NCBI GenBank assembly: GCA_965248435.1
Contig: OZ252100.1
Span: forward strand, 4,160,001 to 4,224,000
Source: Candidatus Latescibacterota bacterium
GTDB taxonomy: Bacteria; Latescibacterota; UBA2968; GCA-2709665
DNA: 64,000 nt
Reading direction: 5' to 3'
The notes under the pieces are model-generated. The model worked only from the letters and a program-made list of their open reading frames with translations. It had not been told where the DNA came from and did no database searches. Below, one piece after another: positions 46,387 through 56,416 of the stretch (position 1 is its first letter; each line of letters begins with the position of its first letter). Made by a program: the position numbers and the translations under genes.

Positions 46387-47405
46387 CAACTGTCCTATCC
46401 TAAGTGTATGGGAAACAATTACAAGCATCTTACGATAGACGAACGCGAGCAGATTGCGCTTTGTCGAGCCACTGGTGCAAGCCTTAGAGATATTGCCAAG
46501 GCCCTTGACCGGAGCGCCAGCACGATTTCAAGAGAGTTGAAACGTAATCCGTCCCCGATAGCTGAGAGTTACTCGGGCCTCCAGGCTCACAGAAGGGCTG
46601 AGAAACGTAAGCGGGAGGCCGGCAAGCGGAAACGGCTGAAGAATCCGGTTATCCGGCGATATGTCGAGACCAAACTCAAGCAAGGATGGTCTCCCGAGTT
46701 GATCGCTGGGAGGCTTCCCGAGGAGCGTCCGAGCGCGGGTATCAGCCACGAAGCCATCTACCAGTATATCTACGATCCAAAGGTGCACAAGCAGCGGGAT
46801 CTGGTTGCTTGCTTATCCCGAGCTCACAAAAAACGAAAGCCGCGGTGGCATACCCGAAAACACCGGGAAAGCCACATTCCAGGCCGTATTTCGATCGATC
46901 GACGTCCCCGTTACATCGAAAAACGGAAACAACCTGGCCACTGGGAATCCGACACCATCATCTCTCGTGAGAGCAAACAGGCCGTTGGCGCTTGTCTTGA
47001 GCGATCGTCGAGATACCTACACCTGGCTAAGCTGGCAAAGAACGGACCCTCGGAGGTCGCCGAAGCGATTAATCGACGCCTTGGGCGACATCCTCCCCAC
47101 ATGAGGAAGAGCATCACATATGACAACGGATCCGAAAACGGCCAACATCAACGGGTCAACGAGGTGCTTGGCACCAAATCCTATTTCTGCAAACCGTTCC
47201 ACAGCTGGGAGCGAGGCGCTGTGGAAAACGCTATCGGTCTGGTCCGCAGATACCTCCCCAAGAAGACAGACTTCTCAAAGGTCAGCAAACACGAGTTAAA
47301 GAAAATTCAGAACCGGATCAACAACCGACCAAGAAAATGTCTTAACTTCAAAACACCAGCTGAAGTCTTCAAGTCCAAGTGTTGCACTTAGTCATTGAAT
47401 CCAGC
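46351..47405 (+). mobile_element. IS30 family insertion sequence
   Basis: Imperfect terminal IRs GAGTTCAATAAGGAAGTGCAACACTT (46354-46379) and AAGTGTTGCACTTAGTCATTGAATCC (47377-47402); outer ends approximate, no clear TSD. Confidence 0.9.
46408..47391 (+). CDS. IS30 family transposase
   Basis: YKHLTIDER HTH, STISRELKRN, GWSPE, GHWESDT, ITYDNGSE, WERGAVEN, NNRPRKCL. Confidence 0.96.
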   Translation: MGNNYKHLTIDEREQIALCRATGASLRDIAKALDRSASTISRELKRNPSPIAESYSGLQAHRRAEKRKREAGKRKRLKNPVIRRYVETKLKQGWSPELIAGRLPEERPSAGISHEAIYQYIYDPKVHKQRDLVACLSRAHKKRKPRWHTRKHRESHIPGRISIDRRPRYIEKRKQPGHWESDTIISRESKQAVGACLERSSRYLHLAKLAKNGPSEVAEAINRRLGRHPPHMRKSITYDNGSENGQHQRVNEVLGTKSYFCKPFHSWERGAVENAIGLVRRYLPKKTDFSKVSKHELKKIQNRINNRPRKCLNFKTPAEVFKSKCCT

Positions 47406-47633
47406 TGTTCAATTTTCAAACCCCATGTTCAAAAGGTCCGAGTTTAATTGTGGTCTGATCGCTATTCTTACCCTAGGCAGACTCGGACACATAGTCGTTA
47501 TTAGGGAAAGGAGTTGGTGGGAGCCTGATCGTTGAGTACCTTTTTCTCTGTGAGGGACGATGTAGAATATGGCGCGATATGATGTCGAAGCCATTGGCCA
47601 AGAACGATATCGTCGTTAGGGATGTCAGAGTCT

Positions 47634-49304
47634 ATGAAATACAGAAATACGTCGATGAGGGTTGTCCTTCTGACCGGAGCCTTGTTCCAGATGTGGGGAT
47701 GTGACGTTATTCCAGAGCTTACGGGTCTTGATCCGATTAGCGGACCGCCTGGAACGGTTGTGGAAGTGAGTGGAAACCAGCTGTTGTTCTCTACTGTTCG
47801 GTGGGATGCAAACACACCTAACGAGGTAGCCGTACACACGAACTTCATCTCTTCGCCATTCTTCACCGTTCCTCTGGCTTCTGGCGTCGGCCCGCATCCC
47901 GTTCGGTTGCACGCCGGAGGAGGTTACTCGCCCAGTACAATCAATTTCACCGTTACGCCAGGCGTGATTTGGCCCGAACCCCGGGTGGACGACGTCACGG
48001 TTAGCCGCTTCGAGCTCGATGACGTGAACACAGCCTCAATGATCCTGATGGTGCACGGCGCCAACTTCAATGTCGGCACTCAGGTTGTTGTGGACGGAGT
48101 GGCACAAGAGTCCTACTTTTGGCGCGTTTTAAGAAACCCCAACATGCACGCCGCCGATCCGGCGACACTCGGTTATCCTATTTTTCACTATGCGACAATC
48201 TTGGTCGCCCTTGAAAACCATCCGCTCGACGAAGTTGTCGACATTGCTGTGGAGAACTTGGACGGGTTGACTTCAAACACGCTGACCTACAATATCCCAC
48301 CAAGCCAGGACGATCTGGACAGTGATGGAGACGGGCTTTTGGACAGCTGGGAAATAGACGGGTACGATCCTGACGCGGATGGCGTCGTAGATATTGATCT
48401 GCCAGCCCTCGGCGCGGATCCCTTGAAAAAGGACTTGTTCGTTGAGGTAGACTGGATGGCTGCGGCCTCTCCCAATGCGGCAATCTGGCCTGCGGTTGAG
48501 GACGCCTTCGCAAACGCTCCCATCCTGAACAGCGACGGCAGCCAAGGCATCGCGATCCATATCGACAGAGGACAACCTGGAGGCGGTGGAGGAGGCGGCA
48601 CGATCATCCCCTTTGCCGACGGAATTCGTTATGATGATCTGACACCCGTTGCGGGTTTGTCTTATGTAAATCTCCATACAGCAAAGGCGGACCCGGCCAA
48701 CTTCGATCCAAACCGTCTGAACATCTTTCGATACGGCATATTCGCGTGGGACCACGGGTATACCCCAGGCCTGAGCGGCCGAGCCGAGGGTCCTGGGGGC
48801 ATGCCGAGCAACGATTTCTTTGTCTCTCTCGGCAACTGGATCCCTGATGGGGGCCGGGCGGACCTTCAGACAGGCACATTTCTCCACGAACTGGGACACA
48901 CCCTCGGACTCCGGCACGGAGGGGACGTGGGAGCGAAATCAAAGGACAACTACAACAGCGTCATGCAGTACGGAAACAGTTGGATTATGTGGGTTGGCCA
49001 ATTCAACAAGCATAGTCCGAGCCAGTGGGGTGGCGTCGACACCGACTGCGATCTCTTGAACGTGAATGCCATCTACACCTACTCTCAGGGTATGCGGGCA
49101 GACCTGGATGAAAATGATCTGGATGAGAACGCCGGTGTTTGCGACGATGTCAACCGCGACTGGAACGGCATCAACGGGATAGAGAATTCTGTGATGCAAG
49201 ATCTCGATGGCGTGGTTGGGCTGGATGTCATCGGGGATTATCCGGACTGGGCAAACATCGAACTTAATTTCAGAGTAGTCGGGTCAGACTGGGGAGGTAA
49301 CTGA
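47634..49304 (+). CDS. Secreted lipoprotein with IPT/Ig-like domains, DxDxDG Ca-binding motifs and a metzincin-like zinc motif
   Basis: MWGC lipobox-like, PISGPPGTVVEVSG, DSDGDGLLDSWE, HELGHTLGLRH, YNSVMQY. Confidence 0.78.
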   Translation: MKYRNTSMRVVLLTGALFQMWGCDVIPELTGLDPISGPPGTVVEVSGNQLLFSTVRWDANTPNEVAVHTNFISSPFFTVPLASGVGPHPVRLHAGGGYSPSTINFTVTPGVIWPEPRVDDVTVSRFELDDVNTASMILMVHGANFNVGTQVVVDGVAQESYFWRVLRNPNMHAADPATLGYPIFHYATILVALENHPLDEVVDIAVENLDGLTSNTLTYNIPPSQDDLDSDGDGLLDSWEIDGYDPDADGVVDIDLPALGADPLKKDLFVEVDWMAAASPNAAIWPAVEDAFANAPILNSDGSQGIAIHIDRGQPGGGGGGGTIIPFADGIRYDDLTPVAGLSYVNLHTAKADPANFDPNRLNIFRYGIFAWDHGYTPGLSGRAEGPGGMPSNDFFVSLGNWIPDGGRADLQTGTFLHELGHTLGLRHGGDVGAKSKDNYNSVMQYGNSWIMWVGQFNKHSPSQWGGVDTDCDLLNVNAIYTYSQGMRADLDENDLDENAGVCDDVNRDWNGINGIENSVMQDLDGVVGLDVIGDYPDWANIELNFRVVGSDWGGN

Positions 49305-49307
49305 GGC

Positions 49308-50087
49308 ATGGCACTCGCTACTATGGATCGGAGGTTGCCTGTCAGGGTGATAATCGGTCTTCTTGCAAGTCTCTACCTTCTGCAAACGCGACAGGCTTCG
49401 GCAGAGGATCTAAAGCTGCCCGTCCCAAAGCAGGCTTCGAGCACCCTGGAAGTGCCTAAACCTGTCAGGGCAGAGCGTCTGAAAGGAAAGGCGAGCCTTC
49501 CAGAGAAACTGAAGTTAGGGTTTGCGCTTGATCTTGCAGACACACTGATAGCTGGAAACTGGGACGCGGTTGGGAAAGTAATATCCCACAAAGACAGGGT
49601 GGTGTCATTCCGGACCGAGCAGGGCGCCGATGGCAATTTCGTTTACCGACTGCCTGACGGGCTTGAGCTGCGTGTGAGTCCTAATCAGCAGATCTGGCTA
49701 AAGCGTGAGTTGCGCCTGTTTGAGGGGAGCTGGGGCTATACGTTCTGGCTCCGAGCGGATGGGGTTCTGACAGTGGCTTCCGGACGCGTCTCCGGCGCGA
49801 AGCAAATGAGCGTTCAGATTGAAAAGGGACTGGCCTTCAAGCAGATGGATAAGAAGGAGAAAATCAGTGAAGGGGAATATGGGACAACCTATCGCGTGCC
49901 GGCCATCCTGGTTGTGAACGGCCAACCTGTTCCCCTGTCTCTTAACACGCAAACGCAGTTGGAATTCCAGAGTCACAAGTACGTCGCGGTGCTTACGTAT
50001 AGTAGCAAGTTCATACCATCAGAAAAACACATGGGCGCGGCAGAGGGGGGCGGCTTCAGGATGGAGTACGTCCTGGCGGGACAGTAG
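49308..50087 (+). CDS. Exported hypothetical protein
   Basis: Signal peptide, beta-rich; starts 3 nt after the previous stop. Confidence 0.7.
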   Translation: MALATMDRRLPVRVIIGLLASLYLLQTRQASAEDLKLPVPKQASSTLEVPKPVRAERLKGKASLPEKLKLGFALDLADTLIAGNWDAVGKVISHKDRVVSFRTEQGADGNFVYRLPDGLELRVSPNQQIWLKRELRLFEGSWGYTFWLRADGVLTVASGRVSGAKQMSVQIEKGLAFKQMDKKEKISEGEYGTTYRVPAILVVNGQPVPLSLNTQTQLEFQSHKYVAVLTYSSKFIPSEKHMGAAEGGGFRMEYVLAGQ

Positions 50088-50127
50088 AGACGTTACCAGA
50101 TACTGCCCATTTTTGTTGTGTTTCAGA

Positions 50128-50168
50128 AAGAAAGCCCCCGGCCCGTTTACGGGTTTCGGGGGTTTCTT
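50128..50168. terminator. Terminator-like hairpin
   Basis: AAGAAAGCCCCCG...CGGGGGTTTCTT. Confidence 0.55.
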
Positions 50169-50299
50169 CGAATAGGACCATAAACATCACCGAGACGATT
50201 GGCATTCTTTGCACTTGACAAGCTATACAACATCTTCCATTCATGCAGATTAGAGTAGATACTTAGCGTTTCGGTCATCGTGTCAATCGGAGGAACGGC

Positions 50300-51520
50300 G
50301 TGCGAGCAGAAATCGTCATGATCGGTTCAGAGCTCCTTCTGGGGGAGATTGTCGATACGAACGCCAATAAACTGGCCAAGGCGCTTCGTGATATCGGCCT
50401 GGATCTATACTACAAGACCACGGTTGGAGATAATGAAGCCAGAATGGTGGAGGTGCTCAATATCGCCTTGGACCGTTCGGATGCGATCATTACCTCCGGG
50501 GGCATCGGCCCCACCGTAGATGATGTGACGCGTCAGGCCATCGCGACCGCGACAGGACGGAAGCTCGTATACAGCACCGAACTGGAAGCCCAAATCGCCG
50601 CGCGCTTCCGAAGGTTCGGTAGAGAGATGGCGGAGAACAACAAGCGCCAGGCCTACATGCCTGCGGGCGCGCTTCCGCTCGAAAACGAGGCAGGTACGGC
50701 GCCCTGTTTTCTTTCTGAAGATGTGCGAGGTCGGGGATTCATCATCTGCCTGCCGGGTGTGCCGCGAGAGCTTGTTCATATGGTTGAGCACAAGGTTGTT
50801 CCCTTGCTGGTCGAGCGAATGGGGGGCAGAAAGATCACGAAGGTTCGAGTTCTGCGTACGTGCGCCGTGGGTGAAAGCAACATCGATCGGGTGATCGGAG
50901 ATCTGATGACGATGAACAACCCCACTGTGGGGCTCGCTGCGCACACCGGGCAAACGGACGTGCGGATCACCGCCAAGGCCGAATCCGAAGAAGAGGCAGA
51001 CGTCCTGATCGCCGGGGTGGAGGAGGAACTGCGGCGGCGGCTCGGCGTGGCGATCTACGGTGTGGGTAAGGAAACGGTGCCCGAGGTCGTAGGCCGTTTG
51101 ATCGATGAAATGGACTTGAAGCTCGGTGTGATCGATACCCTTACGAAGGGCCAACTCGCCCGAGATTTGAACGAGGCGGGATTCGCTCAGCTTGTGACGA
51201 CCGACCTGAATCTGGCCGGCCCTCGAGAGGCACGGTACCACCTGGATTCGGATTCCAATAGAGGAGATCCTTCGGGGCTGGCCGCTTCCCTTGCGAGACA
51301 GGTCACGCCGGAGGGCGGCCTGGGGATCGCGATGCTGGGACCTTTTGAAGATGACGCCACGTTTATCGCCTTGAGCAGTTCGGGGGATGTTCAGCTTTTG
51401 AACGGGAGCCGCAGGTATCAGGATACAGATTCGGCGCGCCGTTGGATCGCCACACAGGGCCTGGATTGGATCCGAAGGGTTCTGTTGGGACGATTGGAGT
51501 CACCAGCGGATTGGAATTGA
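50300..51520 (+). CDS. cinA: CinA family protein (MoCF-like N-terminal domain, degenerate C-terminal domain)
   Basis: IGSELLLGEIVDTN, VGDN, SGGIGPTVDDVT, GTAP, LPGVPRE. Confidence 0.85.
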   Translation: MRAEIVMIGSELLLGEIVDTNANKLAKALRDIGLDLYYKTTVGDNEARMVEVLNIALDRSDAIITSGGIGPTVDDVTRQAIATATGRKLVYSTELEAQIAARFRRFGREMAENNKRQAYMPAGALPLENEAGTAPCFLSEDVRGRGFIICLPGVPRELVHMVEHKVVPLLVERMGGRKITKVRVLRTCAVGESNIDRVIGDLMTMNNPTVGLAAHTGQTDVRITAKAESEEEADVLIAGVEEELRRRLGVAIYGVGKETVPEVVGRLIDEMDLKLGVIDTLTKGQLARDLNEAGFAQLVTTDLNLAGPREARYHLDSDSNRGDPSGLAASLARQVTPEGGLGIAMLGPFEDDATFIALSSSGDVQLLNGSRRYQDTDSARRWIATQGLDWIRRVLLGRLESPADWN

Positions 51521-51543
51521 GCAGAATACGGGTCGAAACCGAG

Positions 51544-52230
51544 ATGCTCGTGAAAGATTATTACGCTCAACTCAAGGAATGCTACTCAACCAAGATCAGG
51601 CAGCTGGTCCCGAAGTACGATGATATGGCTCGCTGCATCGTGGACCTCGTCAGGCTGCGTGCCCCGGCTACCGTCCTGGATATAGGGGCAGGTGTCGGAA
51701 ATCTATCCCGAATTATTCTGCAGGAAATCCCTGGCGTGCAGATTACGGCGGTTGAGGCCTCAGGAGAAATGATCTCCGAAGCCGAAAATCTCCTGCAATC
51801 AGACATGAATCGAGTCAAACTCGTCTGTAAGGATATCGCGGAGTTCTCTCCAGAAGCCACATTTGACGGCATCTTCAGTAATCTGGTCCTTCACAACATC
51901 CCATTCGACAGGAAAGCGATACTGGTGTCGGCTATCCACGATTGGCTGAATCCAGGCGGCGTCTTTGTCTGGGGCGACCTCATCCGATACCGCGATCCGC
52001 GCATCCAGGACCATTTCGTAGACCAGCGGAAAGCGCACGCGATCTCCGACGGATGCAGCGAGGAATTGGTCAGACAGAACTTTGAAAAGGAAGCAGAACA
52101 AGACTATCCTCTGACGATAGAGGAGACGCTCGAAATGGCGAGCGGTGCCGGATTCGGAGGCGCCGAGCTTGTCTGGGCACACGATACGTTTGCCGTCTTT
52201 CTCCTGGGCAAGGGTTTCAGCAATGACTGA
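51544..52230 (+). CDS. Class I SAM-dependent methyltransferase
   Basis: VLDIGAGVG, FDGIFSNLVLH, LNPGGVF. Confidence 0.88.
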   Translation: MLVKDYYAQLKECYSTKIRQLVPKYDDMARCIVDLVRLRAPATVLDIGAGVGNLSRIILQEIPGVQITAVEASGEMISEAENLLQSDMNRVKLVCKDIAEFSPEATFDGIFSNLVLHNIPFDRKAILVSAIHDWLNPGGVFVWGDLIRYRDPRIQDHFVDQRKAHAISDGCSEELVRQNFEKEAEQDYPLTIEETLEMASGAGFGGAELVWAHDTFAVFLLGKGFSND

Positions 52231-54452
52231 GGAGCCGATCGTGGCTGAAGATGTCGGGTCGAAGTGGATGGCTCTGCGCAGCCACCAGAAGGATCTGACC
52301 CCAGACCCACAATGTCCATTTCCTGTGGGTGTTGAATATTATCGCCCTCCGATGCCACCGACACAATTCTGGGAGGAGGACTTCGGTCGGATTCGCAGGG
52401 CGGGCATGCGAATCATCCGCACGTTCTACCCGTGGAACTGGGTGGAGACCGAGCCGGGTCGATTTGAGCTGGACGACCTGGACCTGATGCTCGATCTGGC
52501 GGCCGGGAACGATCTGAAAGTATGGGTGGACACACCCCTCGGCACGCACATGGCCTGTCCGGAATGGATGATCCGTAAACACCCGGACATGGCGGCCGTG
52601 CGGCGCGATGGCAGCGTGCAGCACCCGGTCGCAGGGGAGTGGGCGGCTCAAGGTGCGATGATCCACAACTTCGATCATCCGATGTGGCGGGTCTATGTCG
52701 AGCGTTACTTGCGTGCGCTCGTACCCAGGTACAAAGATCACCCAGGGATGGGGATATGGGGAACGTGGGACGGCATCGGCTTCGCAGCCGGGTGGTCCGG
52801 GGGTGAAGGATCCCCCCTTACAACGACTACACGATCGAGAGGTACAAAGCTTGGCTTCAGGAGCGGTATACGCTGGATGAACTGAACGAATACCTGATGC
52901 GACGGTATCGCACCTGGGATGACGTCGACCCTCCGCGCTCCAACGACGCGATTGTGGAGATGATTCTCTACCGGCGATTTCACTATGAAAACGCGGCCGA
53001 CCACCTGGGGTGGATGGCGGACCTGATCGACCGGCTGGACGGCGAGCACGAGCAACGATCCCACGGCGGATCTTTTCCACGGGTGCACGACGAGCTGGTA
53101 AGTCCGTTCATCGACAGCTGGGGCCTTTCGCACCACTCAGCGGATCGGCTGACGAGCGACGATCCTTGCAGTGTAGCATCAGAGTGTTTCGGTTTTCAAT
53201 GGTGCCGGATGGTGGGGCGTAACGGTCGGTGGTGGAACGAAGAGATCTACGGGAGCTTCGTGGGTGGGCTTGCCCCGCGCGAGAAGAGGACCATACCCGA
53301 AGAATCGGCGGTCTTTCTGTGGTTGACTCTGATCGAGGGGGCCGCCGGCGCGATGTACTGGCAGTATCGACCGGAGTACATGACGTTTGAGTCTCCGGGG
53401 CTGAGTCTCGCCGCGCTTGACGGCGGGCCGACGGCGCGCTGGCCAGCGATTGAAGAAGCGATCCGTGGAATCGACGCGATCGCTGATCACCTTCCACTGA
53501 CGATCCCGCGGGCAGAGATAGCAATCGGGTATAGCGCCCTGAGCCACGAGGTATTTGACTACGGCGGCCAGAACGTGCTGTTTCTTCAGCAGCTTCGGGG
53601 GATGTATCGCACACTGTGGAAGTCCAGCATCCCTCAGGACATCGTGACGCCAGGCATGGACTGGTCGGCATACGATCTGGTCTACCTTCCCAACTTCGCG
53701 GTGCTCGATGACGTTGCGATCGCCCGGCTCCGCGGTGTGATCGAGCAACCGGGCGGGCCCAGGATCATCGCTGATGGGCACTTCGGAACGTTTGCGAGCA
53801 GGGGGCGCTGGAGCTTCCGTCCGCCGGAAGGGCTGCACGATCTCATCGACACGCGCCTGGTCGACTTTTGCACGATCTCATCGACACGCGCCTGGTCGAC
53901 TTTGACATGGTCAACGAGCGGGATGTCCGCAGCGGCGACAACGTGCTGAAAACCGAATTTGGCGAATATCCGATTACCGCCCCGTGTCAGTACGCGATCC
54001 TCCAGCCGGGCAGCGGCATGCGGACAATCGCGACGCTGGGGGAGAATGTCGTGGGGGTCCAGTCGGACGACGGCAGATTTACGTGGTTCGGGCTGTCCCT
54101 GTCGGCCACTGACCGGACGAACGTTTCGGGGCAGCCCAGGCCGACGGCTCAGGCCGGAGTGGTTCATCCACAGGTGGCGATGTCCTTGATCCGCGCTGCA
54201 GGGTTCGAGCCGTGGTTTGGAATTGAGGGCGATAGCGTAGTTGCGTTTCGACGCGGATCCAAACTGGGGGGCTCACTCATCTTTCTGCTCAATCTCGAGC
54301 GGCGCACATCACGGAGCAGCGTCAAACCGCTTTGGGAGATTCAGTCGGCGAGGGATCTGCTGACTGGGTCCGAAATGAGATTGAATGATGGCGTATTCGA
54401 ACTGGAGATGGAATTCGGCGAGGTGCGCGTTATTCATTGCACAGAGGGGTAG
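52223..54452 (+). pseudogene. GH42 beta-galactosidase-like gene broken by two frameshifts
   Basis: GVEYY..WEEDF..WNWVETEPGRF..CPEW in one frame; continues PYNDY..YKAWLQERY..ELN after the C6 run at 52812-52817; a 35-bp duplication shifts frame again. Confidence 0.8.
53834..53903 (+). repeat. Exact 35-bp tandem duplication
   Basis: TGCACGATCTCATCGACACGCGCCTGGTCGACTTT at 53834-53868 and 53869-53903. Confidence 0.95.
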
Positions 54453-54515
54453 GACGAGTGGCTTGTTCGAGATGGCGCGCTCGCTGCGAGGACTTAACAG
54501 AGAAGGAGGTCAGAC

Positions 54516-55145
54516 ATGGCTGAACCCAGCATAAACTATCCGGCAAGTTTGGATGTAGACTATCCAGACAGAAAGATGAACAGACTGACGACTTTTTTCA
54601 GGATTCTCACGATCATTCCTATTCTTATCGTCTGGGCCATGATTGAACCCGGAACGGTCGCGAATCGCGGCAGCGAAATGCCTCATTACTCCGGGGCTGC
54701 GATCGTCCTCCTGCCGGCCTTGCTCATGATTCTCTTTCGGAAGAAATATCCGAGATGGTGGTTCGACTGGAATGTAGGGCTGACGCAGTTCAGCTTCCGT
54801 ATTGCTGCGTATGCGACGTTGTTACGAGATGAATACCCTTCGACGGACGAGGAGCAGGCCGTTCACATCGAAATCCGGTATCCCGATGTCGAACAAGAGC
54901 TGAATCGCTGGCTTCCCCTGGTGAAGTGGTTTCTCGCCATCCCCCACTACATCGTCCTTGTTTTTCTAGGAACCGCCGCCCTCGTCTGTGTGATCATCGC
55001 GTGGTTCGCCATCTTGTTTACGGGGACCTACCCGAGGGGCCTGTTCAATTTCGTTGTCGGCGTACATCGGTGGTCTCTGAGGGTATCTGCTTACGCCTTT
55101 CTTCTGTCCACGGACAGCTACCCTCCCTTCGCGCTCGAACGGTGA
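54516..55145 (+). CDS. DUF4389-like membrane protein
   Basis: Two internal repeats: NRLTTFFR..ILFRKKYPRWWFD..LLRDEYP and LNRWLPLVKWFLAIPH..TDSYPPF. Confidence 0.85.
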   Translation: MAEPSINYPASLDVDYPDRKMNRLTTFFRILTIIPILIVWAMIEPGTVANRGSEMPHYSGAAIVLLPALLMILFRKKYPRWWFDWNVGLTQFSFRIAAYATLLRDEYPSTDEEQAVHIEIRYPDVEQELNRWLPLVKWFLAIPHYIVLVFLGTAALVCVIIAWFAILFTGTYPRGLFNFVVGVHRWSLRVSAYAFLLSTDSYPPFALER

Positions 55146-55154
55146 GACTGCCTA

Positions 55155-55856
55155 TTAGGCTTTGGCTGCTTTCTCAAAACGCGCGGCAAGGTCTGGTCCA
55201 ATGCCCTCGTCTTCGTGCTTGAAGAAGACAAACGCCCGCTCCCAGCTTTGGTCCTCTATCCTCTTGGCCCACCCTGCCAAATCCTTGTCCGAGTATCCGC
55301 TCCCCCTCAATCTCAAGTATCCCCAGGAAGCCGTGGGAACAAATTGGACCTCCTCAGTGTCGTCGTCGTGTACGATGCATAGAGGGAGATCCTTGCTCTT
55401 CAGGCATTCAAACACCTCTTCATCGAACCAGGAGGAATGGCGAAACTCAACTGCCGCCTTCGTCCCTTTGGGGAGCAAGTCAACGAAAGCCTGAAGCCGC
55501 TCGATGTCTTTCCTCAGAAACGGAGGCAGCTGGAAGAGGATCGCACCGAGCTTCTCCTGGAGATAGGCTGCGATGCTGAGAAAGTATTCTGTCTCCTCAC
55601 CGACCTCCTTGAGCCTCTTCAAGTGTGTAATTCTCCTCGTTGCCTTCAAGACGAAGCGAAAGTCTTCCCCCACCTTCTCCGCCCACGTCTCGACGACGCT
55701 TGGCTTCGGGACCCGATAAAAGGAGTTGTTGATCTCTACTGTCTTGAAGCGCTCGGCGTAGAAGTCCAACATCTCCTTGTTCGGAAGGTCCTCCGGGTAG
55801 AAGGGTCCCTTCCATTCCTTGTAATTGTATCCGCTGGTTCCAGCGTAGAGGTCCAT
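55155..55856 (-). CDS. DUF72 (YecE-like) protein
   Basis: AGTSGYNYKEWKGPFYP, VEINNSFY, LFQLPP, VEFRHSSW; start ATG 55856. Confidence 0.9.
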   Translation of the reverse strand: MDLYAGTSGYNYKEWKGPFYPEDLPNKEMLDFYAERFKTVEINNSFYRVPKPSVVETWAEKVGEDFRFVLKATRRITHLKRLKEVGEETEYFLSIAAYLQEKLGAILFQLPPFLRKDIERLQAFVDLLPKGTKAAVEFRHSSWFDEEVFECLKSKDLPLCIVHDDDTEEVQFVPTASWGYLRLRGSGYSDKDLAGWAKRIEDQSWERAFVFFKHEDEGIGPDLAARFEKAAKA

Positions 55857-55939
55857 TCGCGTGTCTCCCCGAAGAGTAGTTCCAGATTCGCAGTGAATTT
55901 GCACACGTTCAAAGGAATCAATATAGGGCACAATACCTA

Positions 55940-56395
55940 GTGCCGCAATTTCCCCGCGTGCTTGACACGGGCGGGTCATTTCATTATGCATGGGCCAACG
56001 GCCGACGCGAAGGGTTTCGACTGGACAGTTTCGACGGCCGGCACGAAATCCTGGCTCATACGAACATTCGGTCGCCTTACCGTCTAGGCAAGTATGGCGT
56101 GGACGTGGAAGCACTCGAGCGGATCGTGGACGCAGCGCTTCGACCAGACGAGTCTATCGAGCTCTTCTTCGTGGACGAAATCGGTCCGATGGAGTGTCTC
56201 TCCGAGAATTTCAATTCTGCGATGACCGAGCTTCTGGATTCAAGCGCTCGGATCGTGGGGACGATTCATCGAACGTCGAAGGGGTTTATCGGGCAGGTAA
56301 AGGATCGCGGGGATGTCGAGCTTTGGGAGGTGACCCCGGAGAATCGGGATAACCTTCCGGAGCAAGTCCTGAACTGGATCGAAGGAAGGGTATGA
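55940..56395 (+). pseudogene. N-terminally truncated NTPase_1 (THEP1-like) gene
   Basis: GRREGF, LGKYGVD, VDEIGPME, VTPENRD present; Walker A segment absent. Confidence 0.65.
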
Positions 56396-56416
56396 GTCCA
56401 TGTCCTGGAGGGCATC

